41,303 bases of DNA from a virus. Position numbers and translations under genes: made by a program. The stretch lies in IMG/VR virus record IMGVR_UViG_3300010224_000024, one strand, 5' to 3'. Shown here piece by piece: positions 8,740 to 17,416 of the stretch. Positions within the stretch are counted from its first letter, which is position 1. Each line of letters begins with the position of its first letter. Under the pieces are notes generated by a model that was given only the letters and a program-made list of their open reading frames with translations, had not been told where the DNA came from and made no database searches.

Positions 8740-9464
8740 TAGAAGTTGTACCTCTGCTGGGAACCGTCGCCAGAGGTGGCGAAGTTGAAAGTGCCGTTAT
8801 TGAACGACCCGTCATTGACTTGGTAGCTCTGCGCGCCGTTTCCGCCGAGCGAGTAGGACGAGTTGGTGGGCGTGCCTTGCGACCCCTGCCAGTTGCCGTA
8901 GAGATTGGCGAACTGACCCAAGAGGTTCGACGTGTTGTTGGCGCTGTTGTAAGCGGCATTCGCGGTGGCATTGCCTGCGTTCATGGCGGCACCGCCGATG
9001 GTGGCGGCATTGCCTGAGCCGACACTGCCCAGGTTGGCGGCCGCGCCCTGCCCCATGTTGGCGGTCTGAAGCAGGCGGTTATAGACGTCCCCGTACTGCT
9101 GCGAGGCAAGGCCATTTGCCATGCGCAGAATGTCGGCGCTATGCCCGCCCGAGTAGAGGGAGCCACGCGCGGCTGCTCCGCGATCTAAACCCTGCAACTG
9201 CTGGTCAAAGGCGAACTGGTAGCCGGGGTCAGCCCTAAAGGCCGACATATCGCCGCTATTGAGCGCGCCCAGCGTGCCCGCCGCATTGCCGCCAAGGTTG
9301 ATGTACGGCTGAAGGTCCGTCTTGGTGCGGTCGTAATTCTGTTGGCTGGCCGCTGCCGCCGTGGCTGCCGCGCCCTTTTGGGCTTTGGCGGCCTTGCTGG
9401 ATGCGTTTTCCGAGGCAGCATAAGCCCCGACCGCGACGATTGCCGCGCCCCAAATCTCAGCCAT
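8739..9464 (-). CDS. Internal virion protein (N-terminal TM segment, Gly/Ala/Asn-rich)
   Basis: The likely start is the ATG at 9464 (MAEIWGAAIVAVGAYAA...), preceded by AAGGGA. The longer track ORF would overlap the upstream gene by 89 bp. Confidence 0.6.
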   Translation of the reverse strand: MAEIWGAAIVAVGAYAASENASSKAAKAQKGAAATAAAASQQNYDRTKTDLQPYINLGGNAAGTLGALNSGDMSAFRADPGYQFAFDQQLQGLDRGAAARGSLYSGGHSADILRMANGLASQQYGDVYNRLLQTANMGQGAAANLGSVGSGNAATIGGAAMNAGNATANAAYNSANNTSNLLGQFANLYGNWQGSQGTPTNSSYSLGGNGAQSYQVNDGSFNNGTFNFATSGDGSQQRYNF

Positions 9465-9474
9465 ATCTAGTCCC

Positions 9475-10083
9475 TTAGATAAGCTCGCCGGACGGACCGA
9501 GCTTGTAAAAGTGGCACACCCACACAAGCCGGCCCGTTTCGGCGTCCTTGCCGATGCCGTCAAGAGGGAATCGTGAATGGAAAAGAGGCGCGTTGAAGAT
9601 CAATGCGCGGTTCTTGATGCCACGGACGTAATCGAGCTGCGTCCACTTGGACGGGTCGCGGGACACCATGTCCTGTTTAAGCTCATCCATCAGCCCCGAC
9701 TCGCGAAGATCCTGGAACGAGGGCATTTCCTTGAGGCCCGTGCCCTTGTGCTGGAAGAAGGCCGTGCCGCTTTCCTGCTCATGCTCGGTCAGGTAGACCA
9801 CGCACGTATGCGATCCGGACTCCCGGTCGCTGTGGATATAGGCCCGCTCCATGCCCTCGTTGGTCACGCGAAAGAACATGGAGTTGGGGACCACGATCCC
9901 GCCAACCGCCCGCGTTAGTGCCTGGATCATTCGGGCGTGTTCGCCCCAAAACCCCATGCCCTCGTAGACGGAGCTGCCTACCTCGCCCTTGTTCGGACGC
10001 CATGTATCGAAACCAGCGGCAAAAGCCGACTGCTTCACCCGCTCAATGTCGGGCGAAAAGTTGTCTACGACGAGGAAGCTCAT
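9475..10083 (-). CDS. 2OG-Fe(II) oxygenase-like protein
   Basis: Candidate H-x-D ... H facial triad (YIHSDRESGSH and distal LFHSRFP). A 202-aa size fits a jelly-roll fold. The call rests on motifs only. Confidence 0.5.
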   Translation of the reverse strand: MSFLVVDNFSPDIERVKQSAFAAGFDTWRPNKGEVGSSVYEGMGFWGEHARMIQALTRAVGGIVVPNSMFFRVTNEGMERAYIHSDRESGSHTCVVYLTEHEQESGTAFFQHKGTGLKEMPSFQDLRESGLMDELKQDMVSRDPSKWTQLDYVRGIKNRALIFNAPLFHSRFPLDGIGKDAETGRLVWVCHFYKLGPSGELI

Positions 10084-10298
10084 CAGCTATCCGTAGCCTC
10101 AGGAAGAATGGAGCCTGCAATCAGGTCGGCGCGTACGTCGTCGGTCACGCGAATGTCGAAAACCCACTGGTAGCCACGGCCCAGGCGGCGAAGCTGTAGG
10201 CGCTTGCAGAAGTCGCCCACGTCGCCCATGTCGAGCTTTCGCCAGTCGGACCAGTTGCGCCCGCCGTCCTTGCTGTAACGCACGTCTACGCTGCTCAC
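10083..10298 (-). CDS. Small virion-associated protein with an Asp-box (possible detached C-terminal segment of the gp10 homologue)
   Basis: The GTG start overlaps the TGA stop of the 659-aa gene (GTGA). It contains SKDGGRNWSDW, a BNR/Asp-box-like motif. Confidence 0.6.
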   Translation of the reverse strand: MSSVDVRYSKDGGRNWSDWRKLDMGDVGDFCKRLQLRRLGRGYQWVFDIRVTDDVRADLIAGSILPEATDS

Positions 10299-12274
10299 GG
10301 CGTCACCTTCAGGTACATGTCGGCGTAGGTGACGCTAACGGCGCTAGTGGCAGGCTCGTCATCGCAGCGAATGGCGATCACGTTATTGCCCGCCACGAGC
10401 TGGTCGGCATCGATGGTGAACGTCATGCCGTTGCCACCCGTGGGGCCGGTCGGGCTCGTCACGACCAGCTCGCCGTTGAGGTAGAAGTGATAGTTGTCCT
10501 CGATGTAGCTCACGATGGTGATGCCGTTGGCGGGCACAGAGGAAAGCGTCAGAACGCGGCGCAGCCAAAGGCGAGTCTCGGGAGCCCAAGTCGTGGCAAA
10601 CGTGGCTGCGAAGTGGCTGTCGTAGCCGTGTGCTGCGTTGAGGCCAGTTGGGGCGCCCGCTGCAATCTCGGCAGAGCCGTATCCTGAGTCCCAGCCGCCA
10701 AACGGCGCCGTGCCCGTACTCCACGACGAATCGTCCGCGTCGATGGCCGAGTAGTCGCCTGCATCGTCAGCGGCAACCTGTAGGTACTTCCAGTCGCTGA
10801 GCTGAGCGTCGAGGATCAGCGCATAGCTGGCGGTGTCGTCTACATGCACGGTCGCGCCGCTGGCGTCCGTGGCGGTCACGGTCCAGCTAAACGAGCCGCT
10901 GGCCGTAACGCTCCCCGTGACGCGTCCGGCGTTGTCGATGCTCAGGCCCGTGGGCAGCGCGCCCGAGGTAATGGCGACCGTCAGCGGGCGGTGCGTGGCC
11001 TTGATGGTGTACTGGTAGTTGACCGAATCGCCTACCTGACCATCCGGTAGGTTCCCCGTGATGCTCAGCACGTCAGGCTGCGCCGTGGTCTTGCTGGGTA
11101 GCCCGGTATCCATCACCAGCTCAAGGCCGTTGATGATGAGCGCGTTCTGGTGGTCGTGAGTTACGCCGGTAATGCGGCGACGCTCCAAGACCTGCCCGTC
11201 TTCCTGCTGCACCTTCCAGTCGAGCAAGTAGAGCTTGCCGTTGCTGAAGTCGCCGGCAATCCACTTGCCGTTCCACTTGGTCAGCGAGTTAATGCGCCAG
11301 CGGTCCAAGTTGTGACTCTTGCGGCGGTGCCATTCGCCCGTGGCGGCGTCGTAGCCCCAGGTCTGGCCGTCAGGGAAGGTCAGGTAAAAGACCTTGTGCC
11401 CGCCGTCTTCAAAGGTGAAAGCGAACGCCTGTGACGTATTGCAGCGGCGGATGGCTTGTTCGATGGCGTGGGTGGAGATGCGCTGGGGCGTGTAGCCGTT
11501 GGCGCGGTAGACGATGCCGTCAGAGCCCAGCCAGAAGACTGAGTTATCCATCACGGAGACGGCATGGGTAGCAGCCAGCCCGACCTCAATGACCGTGCCC
11601 TGCGAGCGCTGGAACGTGCCTGTCGTGGCTCCCGTGTTCTGGAGCGGCTCGATGGTCCGCTCACCCATCAGCCACCATTCGCGGTGGGTTACGGCCTGGC
11701 CTACGAGAAGATCGGGCGAACCCTCCGCCTCATAGCGGTCGAGCGTGCTGTAGGACGAGGCATCCGCAAGGTCGGACGTGAATGCGAAACGCCTGGCCGG
11801 CTCAATGCCGAGGATGTAGCTATCCAGCGACTCGAAACAGATGGAGCCGATAAACGCCTCGTCCGTGATCTGCTCAAGCGTGTTGCTGGCGGTGTTGTAG
11901 ACGTACCCGCTCTGGCCGTTGGAGATGACGACCTCGTTGCCCCCGGTGATCTGGTTGTGGCTCAGGGAGCAGCGCTTGACGCCAGGAATCGTGCCGCGCT
12001 CAGTGGACGACCCGTCCGCGTTGACCTGGAACAGGGTGGTACCGGACACAACGAACAACCGGCCCTCGACGTTGCGCGCTCCACGGATCGGGGCGTTCGT
12101 GCCAAGGTCGCAGAAGGCCGAGAACCCCGGGGCGCAGCGCAGAATGGCACGCGAGCGCACGCCCTCCTTCTCGGCTGGGACGGGGATGTAGTTGACCGTG
12201 TCCTGATGCGTCCACGGGAGCGCATCGTCGGCGTATGAGCCGCCAACGAGCTGGATGGGCTGCCAGCGCGCCAT
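10295..12274 (-). CDS. P22 gp10-like packaged-DNA stabilisation / tail hub protein with Ig-like and lectin-like C-terminal domains
   Basis: The N-terminus (QDTVNYIPVPAEKEGVRSRAILRCAPGF) parallels the P22 gp10 opening. Repeated beta-propeller-like strands follow. Residues ~400-480 look like a bacterial putative-Ig domain (LPDGQVGDSVNYQYTI...LPTGLSIDNAGRVTG). The C-terminal ~170 aa resemble a galactose-binding-like fold (LWLRRVLTL...YLNGELV...GNNVIAIRC). Confidence 0.7.
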   Translation of the reverse strand: MARWQPIQLVGGSYADDALPWTHQDTVNYIPVPAEKEGVRSRAILRCAPGFSAFCDLGTNAPIRGARNVEGRLFVVSGTTLFQVNADGSSTERGTIPGVKRCSLSHNQITGGNEVVISNGQSGYVYNTASNTLEQITDEAFIGSICFESLDSYILGIEPARRFAFTSDLADASSYSTLDRYEAEGSPDLLVGQAVTHREWWLMGERTIEPLQNTGATTGTFQRSQGTVIEVGLAATHAVSVMDNSVFWLGSDGIVYRANGYTPQRISTHAIEQAIRRCNTSQAFAFTFEDGGHKVFYLTFPDGQTWGYDAATGEWHRRKSHNLDRWRINSLTKWNGKWIAGDFSNGKLYLLDWKVQQEDGQVLERRRITGVTHDHQNALIINGLELVMDTGLPSKTTAQPDVLSITGNLPDGQVGDSVNYQYTIKATHRPLTVAITSGALPTGLSIDNAGRVTGSVTASGSFSWTVTATDASGATVHVDDTASYALILDAQLSDWKYLQVAADDAGDYSAIDADDSSWSTGTAPFGGWDSGYGSAEIAAGAPTGLNAAHGYDSHFAATFATTWAPETRLWLRRVLTLSSVPANGITIVSYIEDNYHFYLNGELVVTSPTGPTGGNGMTFTIDADQLVAGNNVIAIRCDDEPATSAVSVTYADMYLKVTP

Positions 12275-12669
12275 CAGCCAAGCTCAACGTCGTAGCCGCC
12301 GCACTTGCGCGGCAACTCGCTGAAGTCCACGCAGCCCGGCTGGAAGTAGCGCAGACGCAGGCGTGCCATCGTGCCCGTGGCGACCGTGGCCGTTTCCACC
12401 GACAGCGACACGCCGTACTCGGGGGCCAGGCGGGCGGCAAGTTGGTAGGCAATGGCCTCGCGGTCAGCCGCATCCGAGGCAAGCTCGGTGTCGAGCGTGG
12501 CGAGGCTGTAATCGGGAAGGCCAATCTCGGCTTCGTGCCACTCGGCCAGCATGGCGTTGAGTGTTTCGAGGGCATCGGCGGCATCGTTGGCGTCGGGTGC
12601 CGTGTACGCGTCGATAACACGCGCAAGGCGCAGCGCCCGCTTGATGATGCTCAGTGCGGTGGTTGCCAT
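12274..12669 (-). CDS. P22 gp4-like head-to-tail adaptor (tail accessory factor)
   Basis: 131 aa. It lies between the coat region and the gp10 homologue. The ALxTLNAMLxEW pattern and the synteny are typical of gp4-family adaptors. Confidence 0.7.
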   Translation of the reverse strand: MATTALSIIKRALRLARVIDAYTAPDANDAADALETLNAMLAEWHEAEIGLPDYSLATLDTELASDAADREAIAYQLAARLAPEYGVSLSVETATVATGTMARLRLRYFQPGCVDFSELPRKCGGYDVELG

Positions 12670-12717
12670 CCGTGGCCTCTAGAAAAGGTGGGGCGTCCAT
12701 GCCCCGTGTTGCGTCCG

Positions 12718-12746
12718 TGCAAAAGAAAGGAGGGCCGAAGCCCTCC
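12718..12746 (-). terminator. Rho-independent terminator after the gp49/66-family gene
   Basis: On the minus strand, stem GGAGGGC, loop TTCG, stem GCCCTCC, followed by TTTCTTTTGCA. Confidence 0.75.
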
Positions 12747-12755
12747 GATGAACAC

Positions 12756-13052
12756 TTAGGTAGCCAACTCACAGCGGAGCCGGTAGCCCTCAAGCGCCCA
12801 AATCTTCCCTCGCGCGTTCTCTCGGGCGATCTTGCGCCCGATTTCAGCGTTGAAGTTCTGCGGGCTCGCGCAAGCACTTTCACCAACAACCTGGTAGCCG
12901 TTCTTGAGCGTCAATGCGCATACCGTGAGCGTGGTATCAGGAAAAACGTAGTACTGCTCATGCGCGATGGTGCCGTCTATCATCTCCGGTGTAATTCGCG
13001 AGGCAGTCAGGCCCTTGGCGACAATCTCAGCCTCGATTTCTTTCTCACTCAT
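12756..13052 (-). CDS. Phage N4 Gp49 / Sf6 gp66 family protein
   Basis: 98 aa. The pattern ...YYVFPDTTLTVCALTLKNGYQVVGESACASPQNFNAEIGRKIARENA...W..EGY is characteristic of this family. Confidence 0.75.
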   Translation of the reverse strand: MSEKEIEAEIVAKGLTASRITPEMIDGTIAHEQYYVFPDTTLTVCALTLKNGYQVVGESACASPQNFNAEIGRKIARENARGKIWALEGYRLRCELAT

Positions 13053-13068
13053 GTCTATTCCTCTGTCT

Positions 13069-13100
13069 GCAAAAGAAAGGGGAGCCCCGAAGGACTCCCC
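13069..13100 (-). terminator. Rho-independent terminator after the coat gene
   Basis: On the minus strand, GGGGAGTCC-TTCG-GGGCTCCCC followed by TTTCTTTTGCA. Confidence 0.75.
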
Positions 13101-13109
13101 TGTACCGCC

Positions 13110-14324
13110 TTACTCCGTGATGCGGCAGGCGTGCAGGCCGCGAACGGTCTGGAAGCCGTACAGCACGTCGATACGAGTGCGCTCGTAGTCGTTGTTGCCG
13201 TCGCCGAAGGTCATCACACGCACGCTGATGCCGTTGGGCAGACGGGCGGTGTAGCCCTCGCAGGACGCCAGCACCGGGAGCGGCGCGAAGGCGGCCGTGA
13301 AGGCATCCTTGTGGAACATCAGGTTTTGCGCGTAGCCGGTCGAGGCCGAACCCACGAAGGTCAGGGCCGCGTTGTCAGCCGGGAGAGCGCTGACGGTCTT
13401 GTTCTGGCCCGCCGTGTTGACAGCCGGGTAGAACGACACGGTACCGGCACCCGAGGACAGGGTGACGTCGGCGGTGACGACGAACTGCTGAAGATCGGCA
13501 CTCACCGCACCCGTCAGCGGGTGGATGCGCTTCACGCCAGCGATGGTGAACACCGAGCCCTTCTTGATGGTGTTGGTACCGGTGCCGCCATCCACGGCCA
13601 GGCTGGTCGCGCCATCGGTCACCGCACCATTGACCAGGAGGGACGCAACCTGCGAGCCATTGGTGACGACCGGGATGTTCTGGCTTTCGTAGAACATCGC
13701 ACCCTGAGCCTCGCCCAGCGTGCCACGCAGAAAACCGCGCTCGATCTGGTCGCCGGCATGGAACAGAGCCTTGGAGGCGTCCACCAGCTCAGTGTTGGCC
13801 GCAGAGCTGAAGATGCACGAACGCTCACCCGGAGGGGCAAGGTAGGCTTCCAGCTTGGCGCGGGCCTGCGCGTAGGTCTTCATGGCGTTCGGCGTGGTGC
13901 CAGCGGTGCCGACGAGGTTGGGGACGCCCAGCACGGCCTTGGCGAGCAGGTCGGACTCGATCACCGAGGCCAAGGTACGAATCTGCGGGCGCAGGATGCG
14001 CTCCTTGTAGTCGGCGATATCAAGGGTCTTTTCCTTTGCGCCGAACTGAAGGGCGATGTGCTTCTGGGTGTCGATGGTCAGGTTGACGTACTGCTCAACG
14101 TTGTCGTCAGCCGAACCGCCGCCCGCGAACACAGCGCCGTCATGGACAACGCCGGTCGGGGGGATGCGAATCTTGACGCTATCGCCCTTCTTGTAGCCGT
14201 TGACGGCCTCGCCGAACTCATCCTGTCGGCCACGGTTGATGTTGGAAATGAACGGGGATTCCTCAGCGAGGATCGCAGCCGCCTCGCGGGCGATCATCGA
14301 GTGAGTGAGGTTGGTATTTGCCAT
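13110..14324 (-). CDS. Major capsid (coat) protein, P22 gp5 family
   Basis: 404 aa. The N-terminus MANTNLTHSMIAREAAAILAEESPFISNINRGRQDEF is typical of P22-type coat proteins. It follows the scaffold gene. Confidence 0.88.
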   Translation of the reverse strand: MANTNLTHSMIAREAAAILAEESPFISNINRGRQDEFGEAVNGYKKGDSVKIRIPPTGVVHDGAVFAGGGSADDNVEQYVNLTIDTQKHIALQFGAKEKTLDIADYKERILRPQIRTLASVIESDLLAKAVLGVPNLVGTAGTTPNAMKTYAQARAKLEAYLAPPGERSCIFSSAANTELVDASKALFHAGDQIERGFLRGTLGEAQGAMFYESQNIPVVTNGSQVASLLVNGAVTDGATSLAVDGGTGTNTIKKGSVFTIAGVKRIHPLTGAVSADLQQFVVTADVTLSSGAGTVSFYPAVNTAGQNKTVSALPADNAALTFVGSASTGYAQNLMFHKDAFTAAFAPLPVLASCEGYTARLPNGISVRVMTFGDGNNDYERTRIDVLYGFQTVRGLHACRITE

Positions 14325-14358
14325 GAGTTAGCCGCCTCCGTGCGGCCGTGAGATGTAG

Positions 14359-15189
14359 TTATCGCTGCTTGCGCTGCTGTGCCTTGCGCGCTGCGTACCA
14401 CTCGCCATCGTCTTCGATGCGATAAATGTCCTTGGGCGGGGCTTTCGCTCCGCTTCCGACAGTGGGGGCAGGCTCAGGCGCCTTGGTGACGGGTTTGGGC
14501 TTGGGCGTGGACACCTGCGCCTCGATGCGACCCAACCGAGCAGCGGCCAGATGGACGGGCATGCGGGCAATGCTGTCCGCCTCGTCCAGGTGCTGCGCGA
14601 GGTAATGCACAACAGCGGGGCCGTGGTCGCTGACGCCGATAGCCTCGACGATTTCCGGCGAGAACCGGATCGTCCTTCCGAGGTCATCCACGGCCTGATC
14701 GAAGTCCGGGTGTTCGGCCGCGTACTTGGCTGCCCGTTCCTCAAACGACTTCTGAACCGACTGCTGGCGTTCCTGCTGGGTCTTGGTGCTGATCTTCTGC
14801 TCGACGCGAGACTCGGCCTGCGTGATGGCGTACTCGCTCATCGCGCGGGACCATTCGTCCATGTCGTAGTTGAAGTCAGCCAGCGCAGGGGCTTTCTCGG
14901 TGCTTCGCGGCTGGTGTTGCGCGGGCTGCTGCTGGCGTAGTCCGGCCAGCTCCCGCTCTAGTGCTTCTGCGCGCCGCTCGGCCTCGCGCCTTGCCCTGGT
15001 AATCTCGTTGACACGCTCCTGCGGAACGAATCGGCCCTTTTCATCGCGGGGCTTGTCGTCCTGCTGCTTGTCAACTTGCTCAGTGGTCGTGTCCTGAGCC
15101 TGTGCCTGCGTGGTGTCCTGCTCAACGGCAGTGTTTTCGACAGGTGCGACCGAAGCGCCGTCATCAGCGGCGGTAACTGCATCACTCAT
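14359..15189 (-). CDS. Scaffolding protein
   Basis: 276 aa, highly charged with helical Glu/Gln/Arg/Ala-rich composition. It lies between portal and coat. Confidence 0.8.
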   Translation of the reverse strand: MSDAVTAADDGASVAPVENTAVEQDTTQAQAQDTTTEQVDKQQDDKPRDEKGRFVPQERVNEITRARREAERRAEALERELAGLRQQQPAQHQPRSTEKAPALADFNYDMDEWSRAMSEYAITQAESRVEQKISTKTQQERQQSVQKSFEERAAKYAAEHPDFDQAVDDLGRTIRFSPEIVEAIGVSDHGPAVVHYLAQHLDEADSIARMPVHLAAARLGRIEAQVSTPKPKPVTKAPEPAPTVGSGAKAPPKDIYRIEDDGEWYAARKAQQRKQR

Positions 15190-15234
15190 TGCGCGTCATT
15201 CCTTGACGAATAGCCCAGATACCGTCCGGTGCGG

Positions 15235-17346
15235 TTACTGCGCGCTGGCCTCTTGGTCAGCGGAAGCCGCTTGTGCGGCCTGTGCTTGCTCAGCCTGTTG
15301 CACCGCAAGGGCGCGGTCGGCGTGAGCGTGTAGGGATTGGTCTACTGTGGCGGCGGCGTCCAAGTTGAGCTTGGCGACGGCGGCTTGATCCTTTTGCAGC
15401 ACGGCAAGACGATTGGTGACCGCCTCGTATTGCTTGATTTCCAGCTCTCGCGCGGCGATCTGCTGCTTAAGCTCGTCGGCCACCTTGCTGGACGCCTTCG
15501 CCTCGGCCTGCTGCAAGCGCTGCTGAAGCTCGCCCAACTGCTGCTGGGCCATCTGTGCCATCTGCTGCATCTGGCTCTGAAGCTGGACGACAGCGGGGCT
15601 TTGATCCTTCTGCGCCATGGCCTGCTGGACCGGAGGCGGCAGGAGCATCTTCAAGCGCTCGGCAGCTTCGTCGGCCTTCGGGAAGTCCATGCTGCCCACG
15701 ATCAGGTCCGGGACGGCCTGGCCAATCAACGGATTGCCCTGGCTCAACTGCACCAGTGCGTCCACAAACTCCATGCGCTGCGTGTCGTAGCTCGGGCCGG
15801 TCGTGACCGTCACGTCGTACTTGCCAGCGGAGAGGTCGTTCAACTTCTCGCCGTTGGGGCCTTCCTCGTAGAGCTTGACGGCATCCTCGGCGCCATCCTT
15901 GCCAAGCACGCGAACAACGCGGGGAGTGTCGTAGACCTTGGGCAGCGCAGACAGGAGGATTTCGCCCGTCGCCTGGATGCCGAAGTTCAGCGCGTCCTGA
16001 TAGTCGAACGTGGCGGTATCGCCCTCCTGCTGGCGGGCCATGATGGCCTTGCCGCTGGTTTCGTTCGACCGGGCGCCCACAGAGGCGTCAAAGATGCCGT
16101 CCGACGCCTTGAGCATGTCGATGGCAAGCTGGCCGAACTGCGCAAAGGCAGCGTGGACAGCGGGCGGCGATAGGTACTGCGGAAGGCCCCCGGGCATCAG
16201 CGGATCAGGCGTAAACGGCAGGTAGGGCATGTCCATGGTGTTGGACTTGTCCCAAAGCGCTTTAACGCCTGCGCCTTCCAGCATCTTCGGCGTCAGAACA
16301 GGCGTCGCCTTGTGCTGCTTGGCGAGTACTTCCTGCCCCGTGGTGAAGTTGTAGTTCACCAGCTTCTGCGGGTCGCGGCTGAAGCGGACCATGCCGCACC
16401 AGACCCACTTGCCCTCGATGAAGTGACGGTTGGCGTAGACCGGGACGATGGGGATGCGGCTGAACACCGAGTCATACGGCCCGTCGATTTCCTCAGCGCC
16501 CGACACGATGGACGACACAACCTTGTGCGTCTTGACCTTGCGGGTGCGCAGAATCTCGATGCCTTCCGCCTGAAGCTGGGCAACCGCAGCCTCGTCTAGC
16601 TCAGCCCCGTCTACCGTGCGGCCATCCGACAGCAGCAACAGCGTCTTGGTGACCGGCTCCATGCGCCAGTACTCGGCGACGCGGACCGTGTCCTCACCGA
16701 ACCACGTACCGAACTCCTTGGCCGACTCGAAGCTCACCAGATCGGCGTCGGGATACAGCTCCTTGAACCGATCCCGGCTCATGGTTTCTTCGACAAACGC
16801 GTACTGCGCATCGCGCATGTCCGCCGACTTGGCGTCGGGGTCGAACCAGACGGAGGTCAGCGGATCGGGGATGGGCCGAATGCACAGGTCCTGGTCCCAA
16901 CTGTCATCGTCGCTGTACTCGGCAGCGATGCGCCACGCACCGAAGCCCGAGGCCGTCACAAGCTCAAACGCGGCGTCATAGGCCCGCTCAGCATTGGACC
17001 GCGACTCGATGTTGCGGATCAGCCCTTGGCGCAGGTCCGCGCCCTTGACGTCGCCGTTCTCGACAGGACGCACCTTGATACCGGGGCGCGCCTTCTTCTG
17101 GTCGTTGACCACCTGGCGCCAATGCGAGCGCAGAATCGGGAACTCGTAGCACGGGCGACCCTTGCGGGCCTTGCGCTGGTTCTCGTCCCACTGATTGCCC
17201 GGCACGGTGACGAACTTCAGGTCGTCGATGGCAAGCTCTCGATTATCCGAGTCCGCCTCAACGGCACGGTCGTACCGCTCGCGCATCTCCTTCATCGCGT
17301 CGGTGGAGTTGCCGCCATCCTTGGCAGCCTTGCGTTTTTCCTTCAC
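15235..17346 (-). CDS. Portal protein (P22 gp1-like, with a long C-terminal coiled-coil barrel)
   Basis: The DDLKFVTVPGNQWDENQRKARKGRPCYEFP region and a Gln/Ala-rich helical tail are as in the P22 portal. The track start (TTG at 17382) lies inside a terminator hairpin. The GTG at 17346 has GGAG 5 nt upstream. The ATG at 17295 is another candidate start. Confidence 0.88.
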   Translation of the reverse strand: MKEKRKAAKDGGNSTDAMKEMRERYDRAVEADSDNRELAIDDLKFVTVPGNQWDENQRKARKGRPCYEFPILRSHWRQVVNDQKKARPGIKVRPVENGDVKGADLRQGLIRNIESRSNAERAYDAAFELVTASGFGAWRIAAEYSDDDSWDQDLCIRPIPDPLTSVWFDPDAKSADMRDAQYAFVEETMSRDRFKELYPDADLVSFESAKEFGTWFGEDTVRVAEYWRMEPVTKTLLLLSDGRTVDGAELDEAAVAQLQAEGIEILRTRKVKTHKVVSSIVSGAEEIDGPYDSVFSRIPIVPVYANRHFIEGKWVWCGMVRFSRDPQKLVNYNFTTGQEVLAKQHKATPVLTPKMLEGAGVKALWDKSNTMDMPYLPFTPDPLMPGGLPQYLSPPAVHAAFAQFGQLAIDMLKASDGIFDASVGARSNETSGKAIMARQQEGDTATFDYQDALNFGIQATGEILLSALPKVYDTPRVVRVLGKDGAEDAVKLYEEGPNGEKLNDLSAGKYDVTVTTGPSYDTQRMEFVDALVQLSQGNPLIGQAVPDLIVGSMDFPKADEAAERLKMLLPPPVQQAMAQKDQSPAVVQLQSQMQQMAQMAQQQLGELQQRLQQAEAKASSKVADELKQQIAARELEIKQYEAVTNRLAVLQKDQAAVAKLNLDAAATVDQSLHAHADRALAVQQAEQAQAAQAASADQEASAQ

Positions 17347-17361
17347 GCGAACTCCGGGCTC

Positions 17362-17391
17362 TGAAAATGAAAAACCCCGCAATATGCGGGG
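17362..17391 (-). terminator. Rho-independent terminator upstream of the portal gene
   Basis: On the minus strand, CCCCGCA-TAT-TGCGGGG followed by TTTTTCATTTTC. Confidence 0.75.
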
Positions 17392-17416
17392 TCTTGGGTG
17401 GGGTGCATTCGGTGTG

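Noticed and set aside
12654-14351. A 565-aa plus-strand ORF, the longest plus-strand frame in the late region
   Set aside because: It lies entirely antisense to the well-supported coat, gp49/66 and gp4 genes. It is rich in Arg/Gly/Ala/Val, as expected for a stop-poor antisense frame in GC-rich DNA, and has no recognisable motif.
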